Shown here: piece after piece, positions 36,627 through 48,039 of the stretch | Position numbering within the stretch: the stretch's first letter is position 1 | How the letters are laid out: the number at the start of each line of letters is the position of its first letter | Translations under genes and position numbers: made by a program | NCBI GenBank assembly: GCA_963697585.1 | Contig: CAVOOO010000004.1 | Coordinates: forward strand, 861,990 to 925,989 | From: an uncultured Chloroflexia bacterium | Lineage (GTDB): Bacteria; Chloroflexota; Dormibacteria; Aeolococcales; Aeolococcaceae | Direction of reading: 5' to 3' | Length of the DNA stretch: 64,000 nt | Notes under the pieces: model-generated | Told to the model about the DNA's origin: nothing | Databases searched by the model: none | The model's input: the letters and a program-made list of their open reading frames with translations, nothing else

Positions 36627-36671
36627 TTGACACCCCCTGAGAGGCGTCCCTAGAGTGTGGGACCGCTCCCA
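36627..36671 (+). promoter_or_regulatory. promoter TTGACA-N18-TAGAGT with LacI-family operator TGGGACCGCTCCCA (36658-36671) ending one base before the LacI ATG
   Basis: TTGACA 36627-36632, TAGAGT 36651-36656. The operator fits TGnnAnCGnTnnCA perfectly and is palindromic. The ATG at 36672 follows immediately (leaderless or short-leader mRNA). Confidence 0.55.
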
Positions 36672-37730
36672 ATGAAAGATCTCCACGGCACCAAGGTGAC
36701 CCTCGAAGAGGTGGCCCAAGCGGCCGGCGTCTCGCGCGCGACGGCGTCTCGGGTCCTCACCTCCGACCCCCGGGTGAGCCTGGACGCCCGGCGCGCCGTC
36801 GAGCGCGCGGCGAGCAAGCTGGGCTACGTCCCCAACCAGGCCGGTCGCGCCCTCGCGACCGGGCGCAGCGACGCCGTCGCCCTGGTCGTCTTCGAGCCCA
36901 CCACCCTCCTCTTCGGAGACCCCTTCTTCCCCCGCCTGATCCGCGGGCTGGAGGACGTCCTGACCGCGCGGGACATGCAGCTCATCCTGCTGGCCCCCCA
37001 GTCCGCGCCCGAGGCCGACCGGGTGGAGCGCTATGTGGCCGCTGGACATGTGGACGGTGCCCTGCTGGTCTCCCTGCCCAGCTCGCATGCCCTGCCGGGA
37101 CGGCTCGCCTCGCGCGGCATCCCGGTCGTCATCGGCGGCCGCCCGACCGAGGCCGACCGGTTCAACCACGTGGACGTCGACAACGTGGCCGGGGCGGCGC
37201 GCGCCGTGGCCCACCTCGTCGCGGGGGGGCGGCGCGCCATCGCCACCGTCACCGGGCGCAAGGACGTCCCCGCCGGCCAGGACCGCCTGCGCGGGTACGA
37301 GGAGGGCCTGCGCGCGGCCGGCCTCCCCAACGACGACGCCCTGGTCGAGGCCGGCGACTTCACCCGCGACGGTGGCGCCCGCGCGATGCGCTTCCTGCTG
37401 ATCAAGCGGCCGCGGCTCGATGCCGTGTTCGTCGCCTCCGACCTGATGGCGGTCGGGGTCATGCAGGCGCTCGCCGAGGCCGGTCGCCGGGTCCCCGAGG
37501 ACGTGGCCGTGGTGGGATACGACGACGACCCGATGGCCGCCGGCCTCCAGCCGCCGCTCAGCAGCGTCCGCCAGCCGATCGAGGAGATGGGCCGCGAGAT
37601 GGCGCGCCTGCTGATGGACGCGATCCACTCCCCCGACCGGCCGCCCCGGAAGGTGCTTCTGACCACCAGGCTCGAGGTGCGCTTCTCCTCGGCCCCCGTC
37701 GCACCCAGGCTCACAGGGGAGGCCGGCTGA
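36672..37730 (+). CDS. LacI-family transcriptional regulator
   Basis: N-terminal HTH VTLEEVAQAAGVSRATASRVL, periplasmic-binding-fold effector domain. Confidence 0.85.
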   Translation: MKDLHGTKVTLEEVAQAAGVSRATASRVLTSDPRVSLDARRAVERAASKLGYVPNQAGRALATGRSDAVALVVFEPTTLLFGDPFFPRLIRGLEDVLTARDMQLILLAPQSAPEADRVERYVAAGHVDGALLVSLPSSHALPGRLASRGIPVVIGGRPTEADRFNHVDVDNVAGAARAVAHLVAGGRRAIATVTGRKDVPAGQDRLRGYEEGLRAAGLPNDDALVEAGDFTRDGGARAMRFLLIKRPRLDAVFVASDLMAVGVMQALAEAGRRVPEDVAVVGYDDDPMAAGLQPPLSSVRQPIEEMGREMARLLMDAIHSPDRPPRKVLLTTRLEVRFSSAPVAPRLTGEAG

Positions 37731-37732
37731 CC

Positions 37733-38716
37733 GTGCGCTTCGTCGTCCGACGCATCGCCTTCTACCTGGTGGCCGCCTGGGTGGCGATCACGGTGAGCTT
37801 CTTCCTCCCCCGGATGGTCCCGGGTGATCCGGTGGGCGCCGCCCTCGCCCAGCGCACCGCCAGCGGCCAGTGCGACGCGAGCTGCGTCAAGGCGATCCAG
37901 CTGGAGTTCGGCATCGGCAACCACAGCACCCTGCTGTCTCAGTACCTCCAGTACTGGGCCAACCTCTTCCACGGCAACCTGGGGATCTCGTACTTCGAGA
38001 GCAGCCAGCCGGTGAGCAGCCTGATCGGCACCTACCTGCCCTGGACCATCGGGCTGCTCGGGGTGGCCACGGTGATCAGCTTCGTGCTCGGCACCCTGAT
38101 CGGGATCGTGCTGGGCTGGCGGCGCGGCTCGCGGCTGGACTGGGTGGTGCCGGGTGCCACCTTCTTCCAGGCCATCCCCTACTTCTTCCTGGCCATGGTC
38201 CTGGTCGAGCTGTTCGCCACCATCCTCAAGTGGTTCCCCAACCAGGGGCCGTACGACATCAGCCAGACCCCGGGCTGGAACCTCGGCTACATCGGCAGCA
38301 TCATCGACCACGGGCTGCTGCCCGCGGTCACGGTGGTGCTGGCCTCGATCGCCGGTTTCATCCTGGGGATGCGCAACCAGATGCTGACCACCATGGACGA
38401 GGACTTCGTCCTGGTGGCGCGGGCCAAGGGGCTGCCCAACCGGCGGGTGGTCTGGTACGCGGCCCGCAACGCCATCCTGCCCAGCGTCTCCAACTTCTCG
38501 CTGGCCATCAGCCTGGTGGTGGCCGGCCAGATCCTGGTCGAGGTGGTGTTCAGCTACCCGGGGATCGGCTTCCTGCTCTTCAAGGCGGTGGTCAACCACG
38601 ACTATCCCCTGGTCCAGGGGGTGTTCGTGGTGATCGTGCTGGTGGTGCTGGCCGCCAACCTGATCGCCGACGTGGTCTACGCGTTCATCGATCCCCGCGC
38701 CCGGCAGGAGGCCTGA
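37733..38716 (+). CDS. ABC transporter permease, OppB/DppB family
   Basis: Six TM helices. Conserved EAA-loop region ARAKGLPNRRVVWYAARNAILPS. Confidence 0.85.
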   Translation: MRFVVRRIAFYLVAAWVAITVSFFLPRMVPGDPVGAALAQRTASGQCDASCVKAIQLEFGIGNHSTLLSQYLQYWANLFHGNLGISYFESSQPVSSLIGTYLPWTIGLLGVATVISFVLGTLIGIVLGWRRGSRLDWVVPGATFFQAIPYFFLAMVLVELFATILKWFPNQGPYDISQTPGWNLGYIGSIIDHGLLPAVTVVLASIAGFILGMRNQMLTTMDEDFVLVARAKGLPNRRVVWYAARNAILPSVSNFSLAISLVVAGQILVEVVFSYPGIGFLLFKAVVNHDYPLVQGVFVVIVLVVLAANLIADVVYAFIDPRARQEA

Positions 38717-38720
38717 CCCG

Positions 38721-39878
38721 ATGACCACCGACGCCACCACCCTGGTCACCGCCGCCGGGCCGTCGCCCGGCTCCCGGATGTCCCGGGTGCTGCGGATCCC
38801 ACGGTCCCCCAAGATCATCATCGGGCTGATCATCCTTGGCGTCTTCGCCATCTTCGCGATCATCGGGCCGCTGCTCGAGCCCTACAGCCCCAACGAGATC
38901 AACCGCAGCTGGGTCAAGGTCACCTGCCAGTACGGGCCGTACCAGTGCATCGGTGAGATCAACCCCGTGACCCACCTGCCCGGGACCCAGGTCCCCCTCG
39001 ACGTGCCCCTCGCGCCCTCGGGCGCCCACCCTCTGGGCACCACCCTCTACGGCCAGGACGTCTGGTCCCAGCTGCTCGCCTCGACCCGGCCCACGCTGGT
39101 GGTCGCCTTCCTGGCCGGGCTGGTCGCCACCGCCCTCTCGATCATCGTCGGGGTCAGCGCCGGCTACCTGGGTGGCAACGCCGATGAGGGCCTGTCGCTC
39201 CTCTCCAACGTCTTCCTCGCCATCCCCGGCGTCCCCCTCCTCATCGTGCTGGCGAGCTACGTCCCGGGGGCGGACACGAGCGTCATCGTCATCGGATTAA
39301 TCGTCGCGGTCACCGGGTGGGCCTATGGATCCCGCGTCCTCCGCGCCCAGACCCTCTCGCTGCGCAACCGCGACTTCGTGGAGGCTGCGCGGGTCTCGGG
39401 CGAGGGCCGGCTGCGGATCATCCTCGCCGAGGTGATGCCCAACCTGCTGCCGATCATCGCCTCGTCCTTCCTCTTCACCACGCTCTACGCCATCGGCGCC
39501 TACGTCACCCTGGCCTTCCTCGGGCTGGCGGGCTCGCCGACCTCCTCGCCGGCCGGGCCGTGGAACTGGGGCATCATGCTCAACCAGGTCTTCGACCAGA
39601 ACGCCGTCAACACCGGTTACTGGTGGTGGTGGCTGCCACCCGGAATCTGCATCGCGCTGGTCGGCACAGGCCTGGCCCTGCTGAACTTCGGGATCGACGA
39701 GTTCATCAACCCGCGGCTGCGCGCCTCCGGGCTCACCCGCAAGGCGGCTCGCCGCGAGGGCATCCCCTTCCGTTCCACCCTCGGCTTCACCCCGGTGATC
39801 AGCGAATCGGCCGGCCGGGGCCACGTGGCCGCCGCGCTCGCCGCCGCCGATGACGGCGCGGCGCGAGGCGTGCGATGA
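38721..39878 (+). CDS. ABC transporter permease, OppC/DppC family
   Basis: N-terminal TM anchor, EAA-like loop FVEAARVSGEGRLRIILAEVMPN. Confidence 0.85.
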   Translation: MTTDATTLVTAAGPSPGSRMSRVLRIPRSPKIIIGLIILGVFAIFAIIGPLLEPYSPNEINRSWVKVTCQYGPYQCIGEINPVTHLPGTQVPLDVPLAPSGAHPLGTTLYGQDVWSQLLASTRPTLVVAFLAGLVATALSIIVGVSAGYLGGNADEGLSLLSNVFLAIPGVPLLIVLASYVPGADTSVIVIGLIVAVTGWAYGSRVLRAQTLSLRNRDFVEAARVSGEGRLRIILAEVMPNLLPIIASSFLFTTLYAIGAYVTLAFLGLAGSPTSSPAGPWNWGIMLNQVFDQNAVNTGYWWWWLPPGICIALVGTGLALLNFGIDEFINPRLRASGLTRKAARREGIPFRSTLGFTPVISESAGRGHVAAALAAADDGAARGVR

Positions 39879-41029
39879 GCACCACCCCCCGCCCCACCCC
39901 CACCTCGGCGCCGGTCACCTCCACGCCCCGGGAAGCCGAGCCGGTGCTGGAGATCCGCGATCTGAGCGTCGACTACGGCTTTGGCGCCGACGCCGTCCAC
40001 GCGGTCGTGGGTTGTGACGTCGTGCTGCGACGCGGCCAGGTGCTCGGCCTCGCCGGAGAGAGCGGGAGTGGCAAGTCGACCCTGGCCATGGCCGCCATCC
40101 GGTTGCTCCGGGCGCCCGGTGTGATCACCGGTGGCGAGGTGCTCTTCCACTCCGCCGCCGAGGGGGCCGACGGCTCCCACGAGAGCATCGACCTGCTCCG
40201 GGCCGCGGACGCGGACCTGCGCCGGGTCAGGTGGTCGGAGATCTCCGTGGTCCTCCAGAGCGCCCTCAACGCGCTCAACCCCGTCATCACCATCGGGGCC
40301 CAGTTCGACGACCTGCTCAAGGTCCACCGGCCCCAGCTCACCGAGAGCGAGCGGTGGGACCGCGGGGTCCAGCTCATGGAGATGGTGGGGATGACCGGCG
40401 ACCGGCTGCGCAGCTTCTCCCACGAGCTCTCCGGCGGGATGCGCCAGCGGGCGATGATCGCCATGGCGCTGGCGCTCGAGCCGCAGGTCATGATCCTCGA
40501 CGAGCCGACCACCGCCCTCGACGTGGTGACCCAGCGGGAGATCCTCGAGGAGCTGATGGGGCTCCGCGACCGGCTCGGCTTCGCCGCTCTCTTCATCACC
40601 CACGACCTCTCCCTGCTGGTGGAGCTGGCCGACGAGATCGTGGTGATGTACGCCGGGCGGCTGATGGAGCGGGCCGCTGCGGACTCGCTCTTCCGCTCCC
40701 CGCGCGTCCCGTACACGTACGGTCTCCTTCACTGCTTCCCGCCCATGCACGGTGAGCGGCGCCCCATGGAGGGGATCCCCGGATCGCCCCCCGACCTGCG
40801 GGCGCTGCCCACGGGCTGCGCCTTCCACCCTCGCTGCCCCTGGGCGATGGAGCGCTGCAGGAAGGAGACGCCGGCGCTGCTCCGGCTGGACGGCTCCGGC
40901 CGGGAGGCGGCCTGCTGGCTCCACTCCGGTGAGGCCACGGTCCCCGCGGAGCTGGACCTCCCCGATCCCGCGCTTCGAGGCCCACGACCCGCCGGTGAGC
41001 GTGACCCGGTTCGGAGGGCCACCCGATGA
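39875..41029 (+). CDS. ABC transporter ATP-binding protein, OppD-like (with C-terminal oligopeptide-type extension)
   Basis: Walker [10 protein letters not shown], signature LSGGMRQR, Walker [11 protein letters not shown]; 4-nt overlaps on both sides. Confidence 0.85.
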   Translation: MSTTPRPTPTSAPVTSTPREAEPVLEIRDLSVDYGFGADAVHAVVGCDVVLRRGQVLGLAGESGSGKSTLAMAAIRLLRAPGVITGGEVLFHSAAEGADGSHESIDLLRAADADLRRVRWSEISVVLQSALNALNPVITIGAQFDDLLKVHRPQLTESERWDRGVQLMEMVGMTGDRLRSFSHELSGGMRQRAMIAMALALEPQVMILDEPTTALDVVTQREILEELMGLRDRLGFAALFITHDLSLLVELADEIVVMYAGRLMERAAADSLFRSPRVPYTYGLLHCFPPMHGERRPMEGIPGSPPDLRALPTGCAFHPRCPWAMERCRKETPALLRLDGSGREAACWLHSGEATVPAELDLPDPALRGPRPAGERDPVRRATR

Positions 41030-42141
41030 GCCTCGCCACCATGCTGCCCGACACCCAGCCCATCGCTGCCGGTCCGGTGCTGGAGGGGCGCGGCCTCACC
41101 AAGTACTTCTCGGTCAAGCGTGGCCGCGGGATGTTCTCCGGTCACGCTCGCCTCTTCGCAGTCGAGCAGGTGTCGGTGGCCCTCGCCGCCGGCACGGTCA
41201 CCGCCCTGGTCGGTGAGAGCGGCTCCGGTAAGACGACGGTCGCCCGGATGTTCGCGAAGATCATCAAGCCCGACGCCGGCGAGGTCCTGCTCGACGGCGA
41301 GCCGGTGCCGTCGGGGAGACCGCGGAGCTACGCGCGACAGGTCCAGATGGTGTTCCAGGACCCCTTCGCCTCGCTCAATCCGGTGCACCGGGTGCGCTAC
41401 GACGTGGTCCGCCCGCTCAAGATCCACGGCTTGGCCGGGGAGGACGTCGAGGCCACCATCGCCGACCTGCTCCGCCGGGTCGCCCTGGAGCCGCCCGCGC
41501 AGTTCGCCAACAAGTTCCCTCACGAGCTCTCGGGCGGGCAGCGGCAGCGTGTGGCGATCGCCCGCGCACTCTCGGTCCGGCCCCGCGTCCTGCTCGCCGA
41601 CGAGCCGGTGTCGATGCTCGACGTCTCGATCCGGCTGGGCATCCTCAACCTCCTCGCCGACCTCCGCGATCGCGAGCACCTGGCGATCCTCTACGTGACC
41701 CACGACATCGCCTCGGCCCGTTACCTCGCCGACACCATCGTGGTCATGTACGCGGGCCAGGTCGTCGAGGCGGCTCCCAGCACCCAGCTCACCGACAACC
41801 CCGCCCACCCCTACACCCAGCTGCTGCTCTCGGCGGCGCCTGACCCGGACCGGATCGAGCCCCCGAACCTGGCCGGCCGGGGCGCACCGCCCAGCCTGAT
41901 CGCTCCGCCGAGCGGCTGCCGGTTCCACCCCCGCTGCCCGCACGCCATGGCCATCTGCAGTGCCAAGGCACCTCCGAGCGTCACGGTCGCGGCGGGCCAC
42001 AGCGCCAACTGCTGGCTGCACGTCGATCCTGCGGAGCGCCGGGTCGACGACGAGGCCGAACCGGCACCGGTGCCCACCGACGGCATGTTCCAGCGGCCCG
42101 CGGCCGCGTCACTTGATCGGCACCACCCAGAGGAGGACTGA
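41026..42141 (+). CDS. ABC transporter ATP-binding protein, OppF-like
   Basis: Walker [10 protein letters not shown], signature LSGGQRQR, Walker [12 protein letters not shown]. Confidence 0.85.
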   Translation: MSLATMLPDTQPIAAGPVLEGRGLTKYFSVKRGRGMFSGHARLFAVEQVSVALAAGTVTALVGESGSGKTTVARMFAKIIKPDAGEVLLDGEPVPSGRPRSYARQVQMVFQDPFASLNPVHRVRYDVVRPLKIHGLAGEDVEATIADLLRRVALEPPAQFANKFPHELSGGQRQRVAIARALSVRPRVLLADEPVSMLDVSIRLGILNLLADLRDREHLAILYVTHDIASARYLADTIVVMYAGQVVEAAPSTQLTDNPAHPYTQLLLSAAPDPDRIEPPNLAGRGAPPSLIAPPSGCRFHPRCPHAMAICSAKAPPSVTVAAGHSANCWLHVDPAERRVDDEAEPAPVPTDGMFQRPAAASLDRHHPEED

Positions 42142-42332
42142 GGAGGATGGAGGATGGCTTAGCTTTTCGGGCTCCGCCGGCCCCGAAGGGCGAGCGGAGG
42201 CGATCGTCCGGTTCCCTGGAGAGGGAGACGACCGGGTGCGACCGCCGTCCGTGAACCCGCATCCGTCGGCGACATTTCCTTCAGCAGTGCACGTCCCCCT
42301 CGGGCCGTGCGTCACGGAGATCGTGTAGCTAG

Positions 42333-44138
42333 ATGAATCTAGGAAAGATTGCGGTACTCGCCGCCGGGGCCGCCCTCGCGGTGGCAGCCTGCGGAAGTAC
42401 CTCGACGCCAACCTCGTCCTCGCCGGGTACCAGCACGACCAAGGTCGGGCCGGCCCTCACCGAGGAGGCCACCACCGGAACCACGTTCGTCCAGGACTTC
42501 AACCCCTACGACAGCAGCTCGCTGGCGCACGGGCTGAACATGACCAGCCTGATCTACGAGCCGCTCTACGAGATCGATGCCCTCAACCCCGCCCCCTCGG
42601 GAATGCACCCCTGGATGGCGACCGGGTACTCGTTCGGCACCGGCGGCACGACCCTCAACATCACCGTCAGGACGGGCGTCAAGTTCAGCGACGGCAGCAC
42701 CATGACCCCCGCTGACGTGGCCAACACGTTCGCTGTGATCATGAACTTCCCGGCCGCCGACTACAGCGGCGTGCCGGCCCAGAGCGCGGCACCGTCGGTC
42801 AGCGGGAACACCGTCACCCTCACGTTCAAGACCCCGCAGTACACCAACCTCTGGTCGATCCTGGGCAGCACCTTCATCACTCAGGCCAGCGCGTTCCCGG
42901 CGACCACTGACCCGTCCAAGGAGACGGTCGCCAACCCGGTGGGCACCGGCCCATTCGAGCTGGACAGCTTCAGCACCCAGGCCGTCAAGTTCAAGCCCAA
43001 CCCGCACTTCTTCGGCGGCACCCCGCCGGAGTTGGAGATCGTCGTCCCGAACGAGGCGACCAACAACGCGGCGACCGAGGCTCTCGACAACGGCACCCTC
43101 GACTGGGCCGGCAACGAGATCCCGAGCGTCGTGGCCAACTACATCGACCTGAACCCGAACACGAACCACGTCTGGTACGCCTCGGGCAACACGGTCACCC
43201 TCGACTTCAACCTCGCGGCCGGTAACGGTGGCGCCACCGGAATCGGTGACCAGGCGGTCCGTCAGGCCGTGAGCCTGGGCATCGACCGCGGCGTCCTCTC
43301 CTCGATCGGAGAGTCCGGTTACGAGGCGGCGGCCACCTCGGCTGGCGGGCTGAACCCCGCGCAGCAGGCGGCCTACCAGAGCTCCGGCAGCGGTCTCGCC
43401 CTGCCGGCCGACTCCGCAGCCACCTCGAGCAGCGCACCTGCTGGGTGGACCGGCCCGACCGTCCAGAGCGTCCTCGAGGCCGCTGGCTGGACCCCGCCCG
43501 CTGGCTGGGGCACCTCGTCTGAGGCCAACTGCACCGACTCGACGCCCACGGCCTGCTGGACCAAGGGCAGCGAGATCATCAAGTTCTCGATCTGGGACCC
43601 CGAAGCCTTCTCGGACTACTGGGCGGACGCTCAGGAGATCTCGAGCCAGCTTCAGGCAGAGGGCATGGACGTGACCACGGACAACGCGTCCGGCGGTTAC
43701 TCGCAGTGGCAGGATGCCATGAACGTCGGCAACTTCCAGACCGCCCTCCACTGGGGCTCCGGCGGCAACATCCCGTTCGTTCAGCTCGACAACTGGCTCG
43801 ACTACAGCGTCAACTGCACCGCGGCCCTCAACTGCGCGGCAGGCGACTACGCTGAGTACCAGTCCTCGGCTGCTCAGACGGCCCTCCAGCAGTACGAGGG
43901 TGCCGACCCGACCACCTCGGCCGGGCAGTCCACCATCGCCTCTGCGATCCAGACCCTTGAGCAGATCATGGCCACCGACGTCCCCTACGCCCCGGTTCTC
44001 TACGGTGCGGACTGGAACGTCTACAGCACCCTTCACTACACCGGGTGGCCGAGCGCCAGCAACCCGTACATGGACCCCTCCCCGGACGACCCCGAGCTTC
44101 CCTACATCCTCATGCAGCTGAAGCCGGTGACCTCGTAA
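42333..44138 (+). CDS. ABC transporter substrate-binding lipoprotein, family 5 (peptide/oligosaccharide type)
   Basis: Lipobox signal MNLGKIAVLAAGAALAVAACGS, a Thr/Ser-rich linker, SBP_bac_5-type body. Located at the 3' end of the transporter operon. Confidence 0.85.
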   Translation: MNLGKIAVLAAGAALAVAACGSTSTPTSSSPGTSTTKVGPALTEEATTGTTFVQDFNPYDSSSLAHGLNMTSLIYEPLYEIDALNPAPSGMHPWMATGYSFGTGGTTLNITVRTGVKFSDGSTMTPADVANTFAVIMNFPAADYSGVPAQSAAPSVSGNTVTLTFKTPQYTNLWSILGSTFITQASAFPATTDPSKETVANPVGTGPFELDSFSTQAVKFKPNPHFFGGTPPELEIVVPNEATNNAATEALDNGTLDWAGNEIPSVVANYIDLNPNTNHVWYASGNTVTLDFNLAAGNGGATGIGDQAVRQAVSLGIDRGVLSSIGESGYEAAATSAGGLNPAQQAAYQSSGSGLALPADSAATSSSAPAGWTGPTVQSVLEAAGWTPPAGWGTSSEANCTDSTPTACWTKGSEIIKFSIWDPEAFSDYWADAQEISSQLQAEGMDVTTDNASGGYSQWQDAMNVGNFQTALHWGSGGNIPFVQLDNWLDYSVNCTAALNCAAGDYAEYQSSAAQTALQQYEGADPTTSAGQSTIASAIQTLEQIMATDVPYAPVLYGADWNVYSTLHYTGWPSASNPYMDPSPDDPELPYILMQLKPVTS

Positions 44139-44190
44139 GGATCAGAGGATCCCACTGACCTGTTGGTGGTCAGTGACCACAACCGAATAG

Positions 44191-44212
44191 GGCCCACCTC
44201 CCAAGGTGGGCG
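44191..44212 (+). terminator. GC-rich hairpin downstream of the SBP gene (possible terminator; no U-tract)
   Basis: GGCCCACC-tcccaa-GGTGGGC stem-loop. It is preceded by the palindromes GGATCagagGATCC and GTGGTCAGTGACCAC. Confidence 0.3.
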
Positions 44213-44465
44213 GCCGGGGCCCGGCCGGCAACGCGCCGGCCGGGTCACCGACCCAGGGCGGGACGGCCTCGCGACTCGCAGGAGCCGCGCGGCCGTCTTC
44301 GTCTGACCATGCGGCAACCCGCCTCGACTGCGGCGCGATCTGAGCGCTGTGCAGAAGCGGCGTGGGGCCGGCGAGCAGGGCGGGTCCGGCCGGCGGTGGG
44401 GTGGTCACCCCCGGGCGGCGATCGGCTGGGCTATCGGCTATCAGGCTGGCGCAGGGGACCTGGCA

Positions 44466-46916
44466 TTGCGATACGGACACTTCGATGACGAGCGCCGCGA
44501 GTACGTGATCTCCCGGCCGGACACTCCTCTTCCCTGGATCAACTACCTGGGGCTGGAGGACTACTTCGGGATCATCTCCAACACCGCGGGTGGGTACTCG
44601 TTCTACCGCGACGCAAGGCTGCGCCGGGTGAGCCGCTACCGTTACAACAACGCCCCCTTCGACCTCGGCGGGCGCTACATCTACCTCCGCGACGACGTCA
44701 CCGGGGAGAGCTGGTCGCCGTCGTGGCAGCCGACCCAGAGCCCTCTCGATGCCTACGAGTGCCGGCACGGCCTCTCCTACACCACCATCGCGTCCACCCA
44801 CCAGGGCGTGCGGGCGGAGACCCTCTACTGCGTGCCGCTCGGAGAGACGCTCGAGGTGTGGCGGCTCCGGCTGACCAACCTCACCGGGGAGCGGCGGCCG
44901 CTCTCGGTGTTCTCCTCGGTGGAGTTCTGCCTCTGGGATGCCCAGGACGACGCGACCAACTTCCAACGCAACTTCTCCACCGGCGAGGTCGAGGTGGAGG
45001 GGAGCGTCATCTACCACAAGACCGAGTACCGGGAACGGCGCAATCATTTCGCCTACTTCGGCTGCTCCGAGCCGCTGGCCGGTTTCGACACGGTGCGGGA
45101 CGTCTTCCTCGGTCCGTACCGCGGCTTCGACCGGCCGATCGCGGTGGAGCGGGGGAGTGCCGGCAACTCGATCGCTCACGGCTGGGCGCCCCACGGATCC
45201 CATCACGTCCGGTTGGAGCTTGGCCCGCACGAGGAGCGTGAGGTCGTCTTCGTCCTCGGCTACTCGGAAAACCCGGTCGCCGAGAAGTTCGACCCACCGG
45301 GGAGCCAGGTGATCAACAAGCGGAGGGTGGCGCCGGTGATCGAGCGCTGGCTCCGGCCCGAGATGGTGGAGCAGGGGCTGCGCGAACTGCGCGCGCGATG
45401 GGACGAGCTGCTCGCGAACGTCCAGGTCAGCACCCCCGACCAGCACACCGATCGGATGGTCAACACCTGGAACGCCTATCAGTGCATGGTCACCTTCAAC
45501 CTCAGCCGGTCGACGTCGTTCTACGAGTCCGGCATCGGCCGGGGAATGGGATTCCGCGATTCCAACCAGGATCTGCTCGGCTTCGTCCAGATGGTCCCGG
45601 AGCGAGCCCGGCAGCGGATCCTCGACATCGCCGCCACCCAGCTCAGCTCGGGGGGCGCCTACCACCAGTACCAGCCGCTCACCAAGCGCGGGAACAACGA
45701 CATCGGCTCGGGTTTCAACGACGATCCCCTCTGGATGGTGCTGGGAGTCGCCGGCTACCTGAATGAGACCGGCGACAACTCGATCCTCGACGAGCCGGTC
45801 CAGTACGACAACGAGGAGGGCTCGGAGGCTCCGCTCCTCGACCATCTGCGCCGCAGTATCGGCTACACCCTCGACCGGCTCGGCCCCCACGGACTGCCGT
45901 TGATCGGCCGGGCCGACTGGAACGACTGCCTCAATCTCAACTGCTTCTCCGACACTCCGGGGGAGTCGTTCCAGACCGCCGAGAATCGCAGCGGTGGGGT
46001 GGCGGAGTCGGTGTTCATCGCCGGGCTGTTCGTGCTCGCCGCCCGCGAGCTGGCCGCCATCGTCGGCCGCCGCGGTGAGCACGAGGTGGAGAAGCGCCTG
46101 CAGGACGCAGCGACCACCATGGCCACGACCATCGCGGAGCACGGCTGGGACGGAGCCTGGTTCCGCCGGGCCTATGACTTCTTCGGCAACCCGGTGGGCT
46201 CCTCGGTCTGCGACGAGGGCCAGATCTTCGTGGAGTCCCAGGGGATGTGCGTGATGGCGGGGGTCGGCCTCGAGGACGGCCGGGCTCGCCAGGCGCTCGA
46301 CAGCGTGCGCGAGCGCCTGCTCACCGAGCATGGCGTGGTGCTCCAGCAACCGGCCTACAGCGGCTACCGGATCGAGCTCGGCGAGATCTCCTCGTATCCG
46401 CCCGGGTACAAGGAGAACGCCGGCATCTTCTGCCACACCAACCCGTGGATCATGATCGCCGAGGCGATGACCGGCGACGGCGACGGCGCCTTCGAGGTCT
46501 ACCGCCGGACCAGCCCATCGGTCCGGGAGGCGATCAGCGAGGTGCATCGCTGCGAGCCCTACGTCTACGCCCAGATGATCGCCGGGCACGACGCCCCGAG
46601 TCATGGTGAGGCCAAGAACTCGTGGCTCACCGGTGCCGCCGCCTGGAACTACGTGGCGATCACCCAGTGGATCCTCGGGATCAGGCCGGAGCGCGAGGGA
46701 CTGCGCATCGACCCGGTGATCCCCGCGGCCTGGCCCGGGTTCACCGTCACCCGGCGGTTCCGCGGCTCGACCTTCCGGATCGCCGTCCGCAAGCCGGAGG
46801 GAGGCACCGGCCGGGTGTGCCGCCTGGTCGTCGACGGCACCCGGGTGGAGGGCAACCTCGTGCCCCTCGCCCCCGCCGGATCGACGGTGGTGGTAGAGGC
46901 CGTCATCTCAGCGTAG
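44466..46916 (+). CDS. GH94 glycoside phosphorylase (cellobiose/cellodextrin/chitobiose phosphorylase family)
   Basis: ORF 44349..46916. The conserved N-terminus begins [28 protein letters not shown], so the start is probably the TTG at 44466 or a nearby non-ATG codon. Catalytic region [12 protein letters not shown] and the C-terminus are typical of GH94. Confidence 0.8.
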   Translation: MRYGHFDDERREYVISRPDTPLPWINYLGLEDYFGIISNTAGGYSFYRDARLRRVSRYRYNNAPFDLGGRYIYLRDDVTGESWSPSWQPTQSPLDAYECRHGLSYTTIASTHQGVRAETLYCVPLGETLEVWRLRLTNLTGERRPLSVFSSVEFCLWDAQDDATNFQRNFSTGEVEVEGSVIYHKTEYRERRNHFAYFGCSEPLAGFDTVRDVFLGPYRGFDRPIAVERGSAGNSIAHGWAPHGSHHVRLELGPHEEREVVFVLGYSENPVAEKFDPPGSQVINKRRVAPVIERWLRPEMVEQGLRELRARWDELLANVQVSTPDQHTDRMVNTWNAYQCMVTFNLSRSTSFYESGIGRGMGFRDSNQDLLGFVQMVPERARQRILDIAATQLSSGGAYHQYQPLTKRGNNDIGSGFNDDPLWMVLGVAGYLNETGDNSILDEPVQYDNEEGSEAPLLDHLRRSIGYTLDRLGPHGLPLIGRADWNDCLNLNCFSDTPGESFQTAENRSGGVAESVFIAGLFVLAARELAAIVGRRGEHEVEKRLQDAATTMATTIAEHGWDGAWFRRAYDFFGNPVGSSVCDEGQIFVESQGMCVMAGVGLEDGRARQALDSVRERLLTEHGVVLQQPAYSGYRIELGEISSYPPGYKENAGIFCHTNPWIMIAEAMTGDGDGAFEVYRRTSPSVREAISEVHRCEPYVYAQMIAGHDAPSHGEAKNSWLTGAAAWNYVAITQWILGIRPEREGLRIDPVIPAAWPGFTVTRRFRGSTFRIAVRKPEGGTGRVCRLVVDGTRVEGNLVPLAPAGSTVVVEAVISA

Positions 46917-46994
46917 GGCGCGGGCGGCCTGGGCGGCGAACGGCCAACCCTCCTCCGGGTCGGTGCACCGGCCTCTCCCGGCATACTCGCCACC

Positions 46995-48039
46995 ATGTCC
47001 CGTCACCGGCGCCGATCCCTTGGCCCCGACTTCGGCTATCTGCCCGGCGAGCAGCCACCGCCCGGCGCCACCTGGATCAAGCTGAACACCAACGAGTCGC
47101 CGCTCCCCCCGTCACCCCGGGTGACGGCGGCGGTGAGCCGGGCTGTCGACGAGCTGCGCCGCTACCCCGACCCCCGGGGGGAGCCGCTCCGCTCCGAGCT
47201 CGCCCGGCACCACGGGCTGGCCCCGGAGGCGGTGATGGTGGGCAACGGGGCCGACCAGGTGCTGGAGAGCTGCTTCCAGGCCTTCGTCGACCCCGGCGAC
47301 AGCGTGGTCCTGACGCGGCCCACCTACTCGCTGCTGCCGGTGCTCGCGCGGTTGGGGGGCGCGCGCATCGCCACCGTGCCCCTCGCTCCGGGGGAGCCGC
47401 TGCCGGCGGCCCTGGCGGCGACTCCCGCCGTGATGCGCATCCTCTGCAACCCCAACTCACCGACCGGGAGCTGGGTGCCGCCCCTGGCGATCGAGCGGTC
47501 GCTGGGCCAGGTCGACTCGGTGGTGGTGATCGACGAGGCGTACTGCGACTTCGCCCCCGAGTTCCTGCGTCCCTCTGCTGGCCGGCCACGACAACTGGCT
47601 GGTGGTTCGCACCTTCGCCAAGAGCCACGCCCTCGCGGGACTGCGCGTCGGGTACGCGCTCGGCCACCCCGACCTGATCGGTGACCTCTCCGCGGTGGTG
47701 GAGTCCTACCCCGTCGACCGGCTGGCGCTGGCCGCCGCCGGAGCTGCGCTCACCGACCCCGACCACCACCGCCGCATCGTCGAGCTGGTCATCGAAGAGC
47801 GCGACCGGCTGGTCGCCGCTCTGCGCGGGGCCGGCTGGGACGTGGGCGACTCCCAGGCCAACTTCGTCCTCGGCCGGCCCCCCGGGGGTGATGCGGTCGG
47901 GGTCGCCGCCGAGCTCCGCGATCAGCGGATCCTGGTACGCCACTTCCCGGGCGGCGACCACTCCGACCGTCTTCGCATCACGGTGGGCACGGTCGCCGAG
48001 AACGATGCCCTGCTGCGCGCCCTGGGCATCGGCGCCTGA
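46995..48039 (+). pseudogene. HisC-like class-II (histidinol-phosphate) aminotransferase interrupted by a single-base frameshift near 47570-47580
   Basis: Frame A (46995..) reads ...NPNSPTGSWVP...VVIDEAYCDFAPEFLRPSAG, then continues as junk. Frame B reads (V)PLLAGHDNWLVVRTFAKSHALAGLRVGYA...ANFVLGRP...RITVGT.ENDALL up to the stop at 48039. One extra nucleotide in cgtccctctgctggcc separates the two frames. Confidence 0.6.

Noticed and set aside
44142-46604. 820-aa minus-strand ORF
   Set aside because: Antisense to the GH94 phosphorylase, which has unmistakable family motifs.
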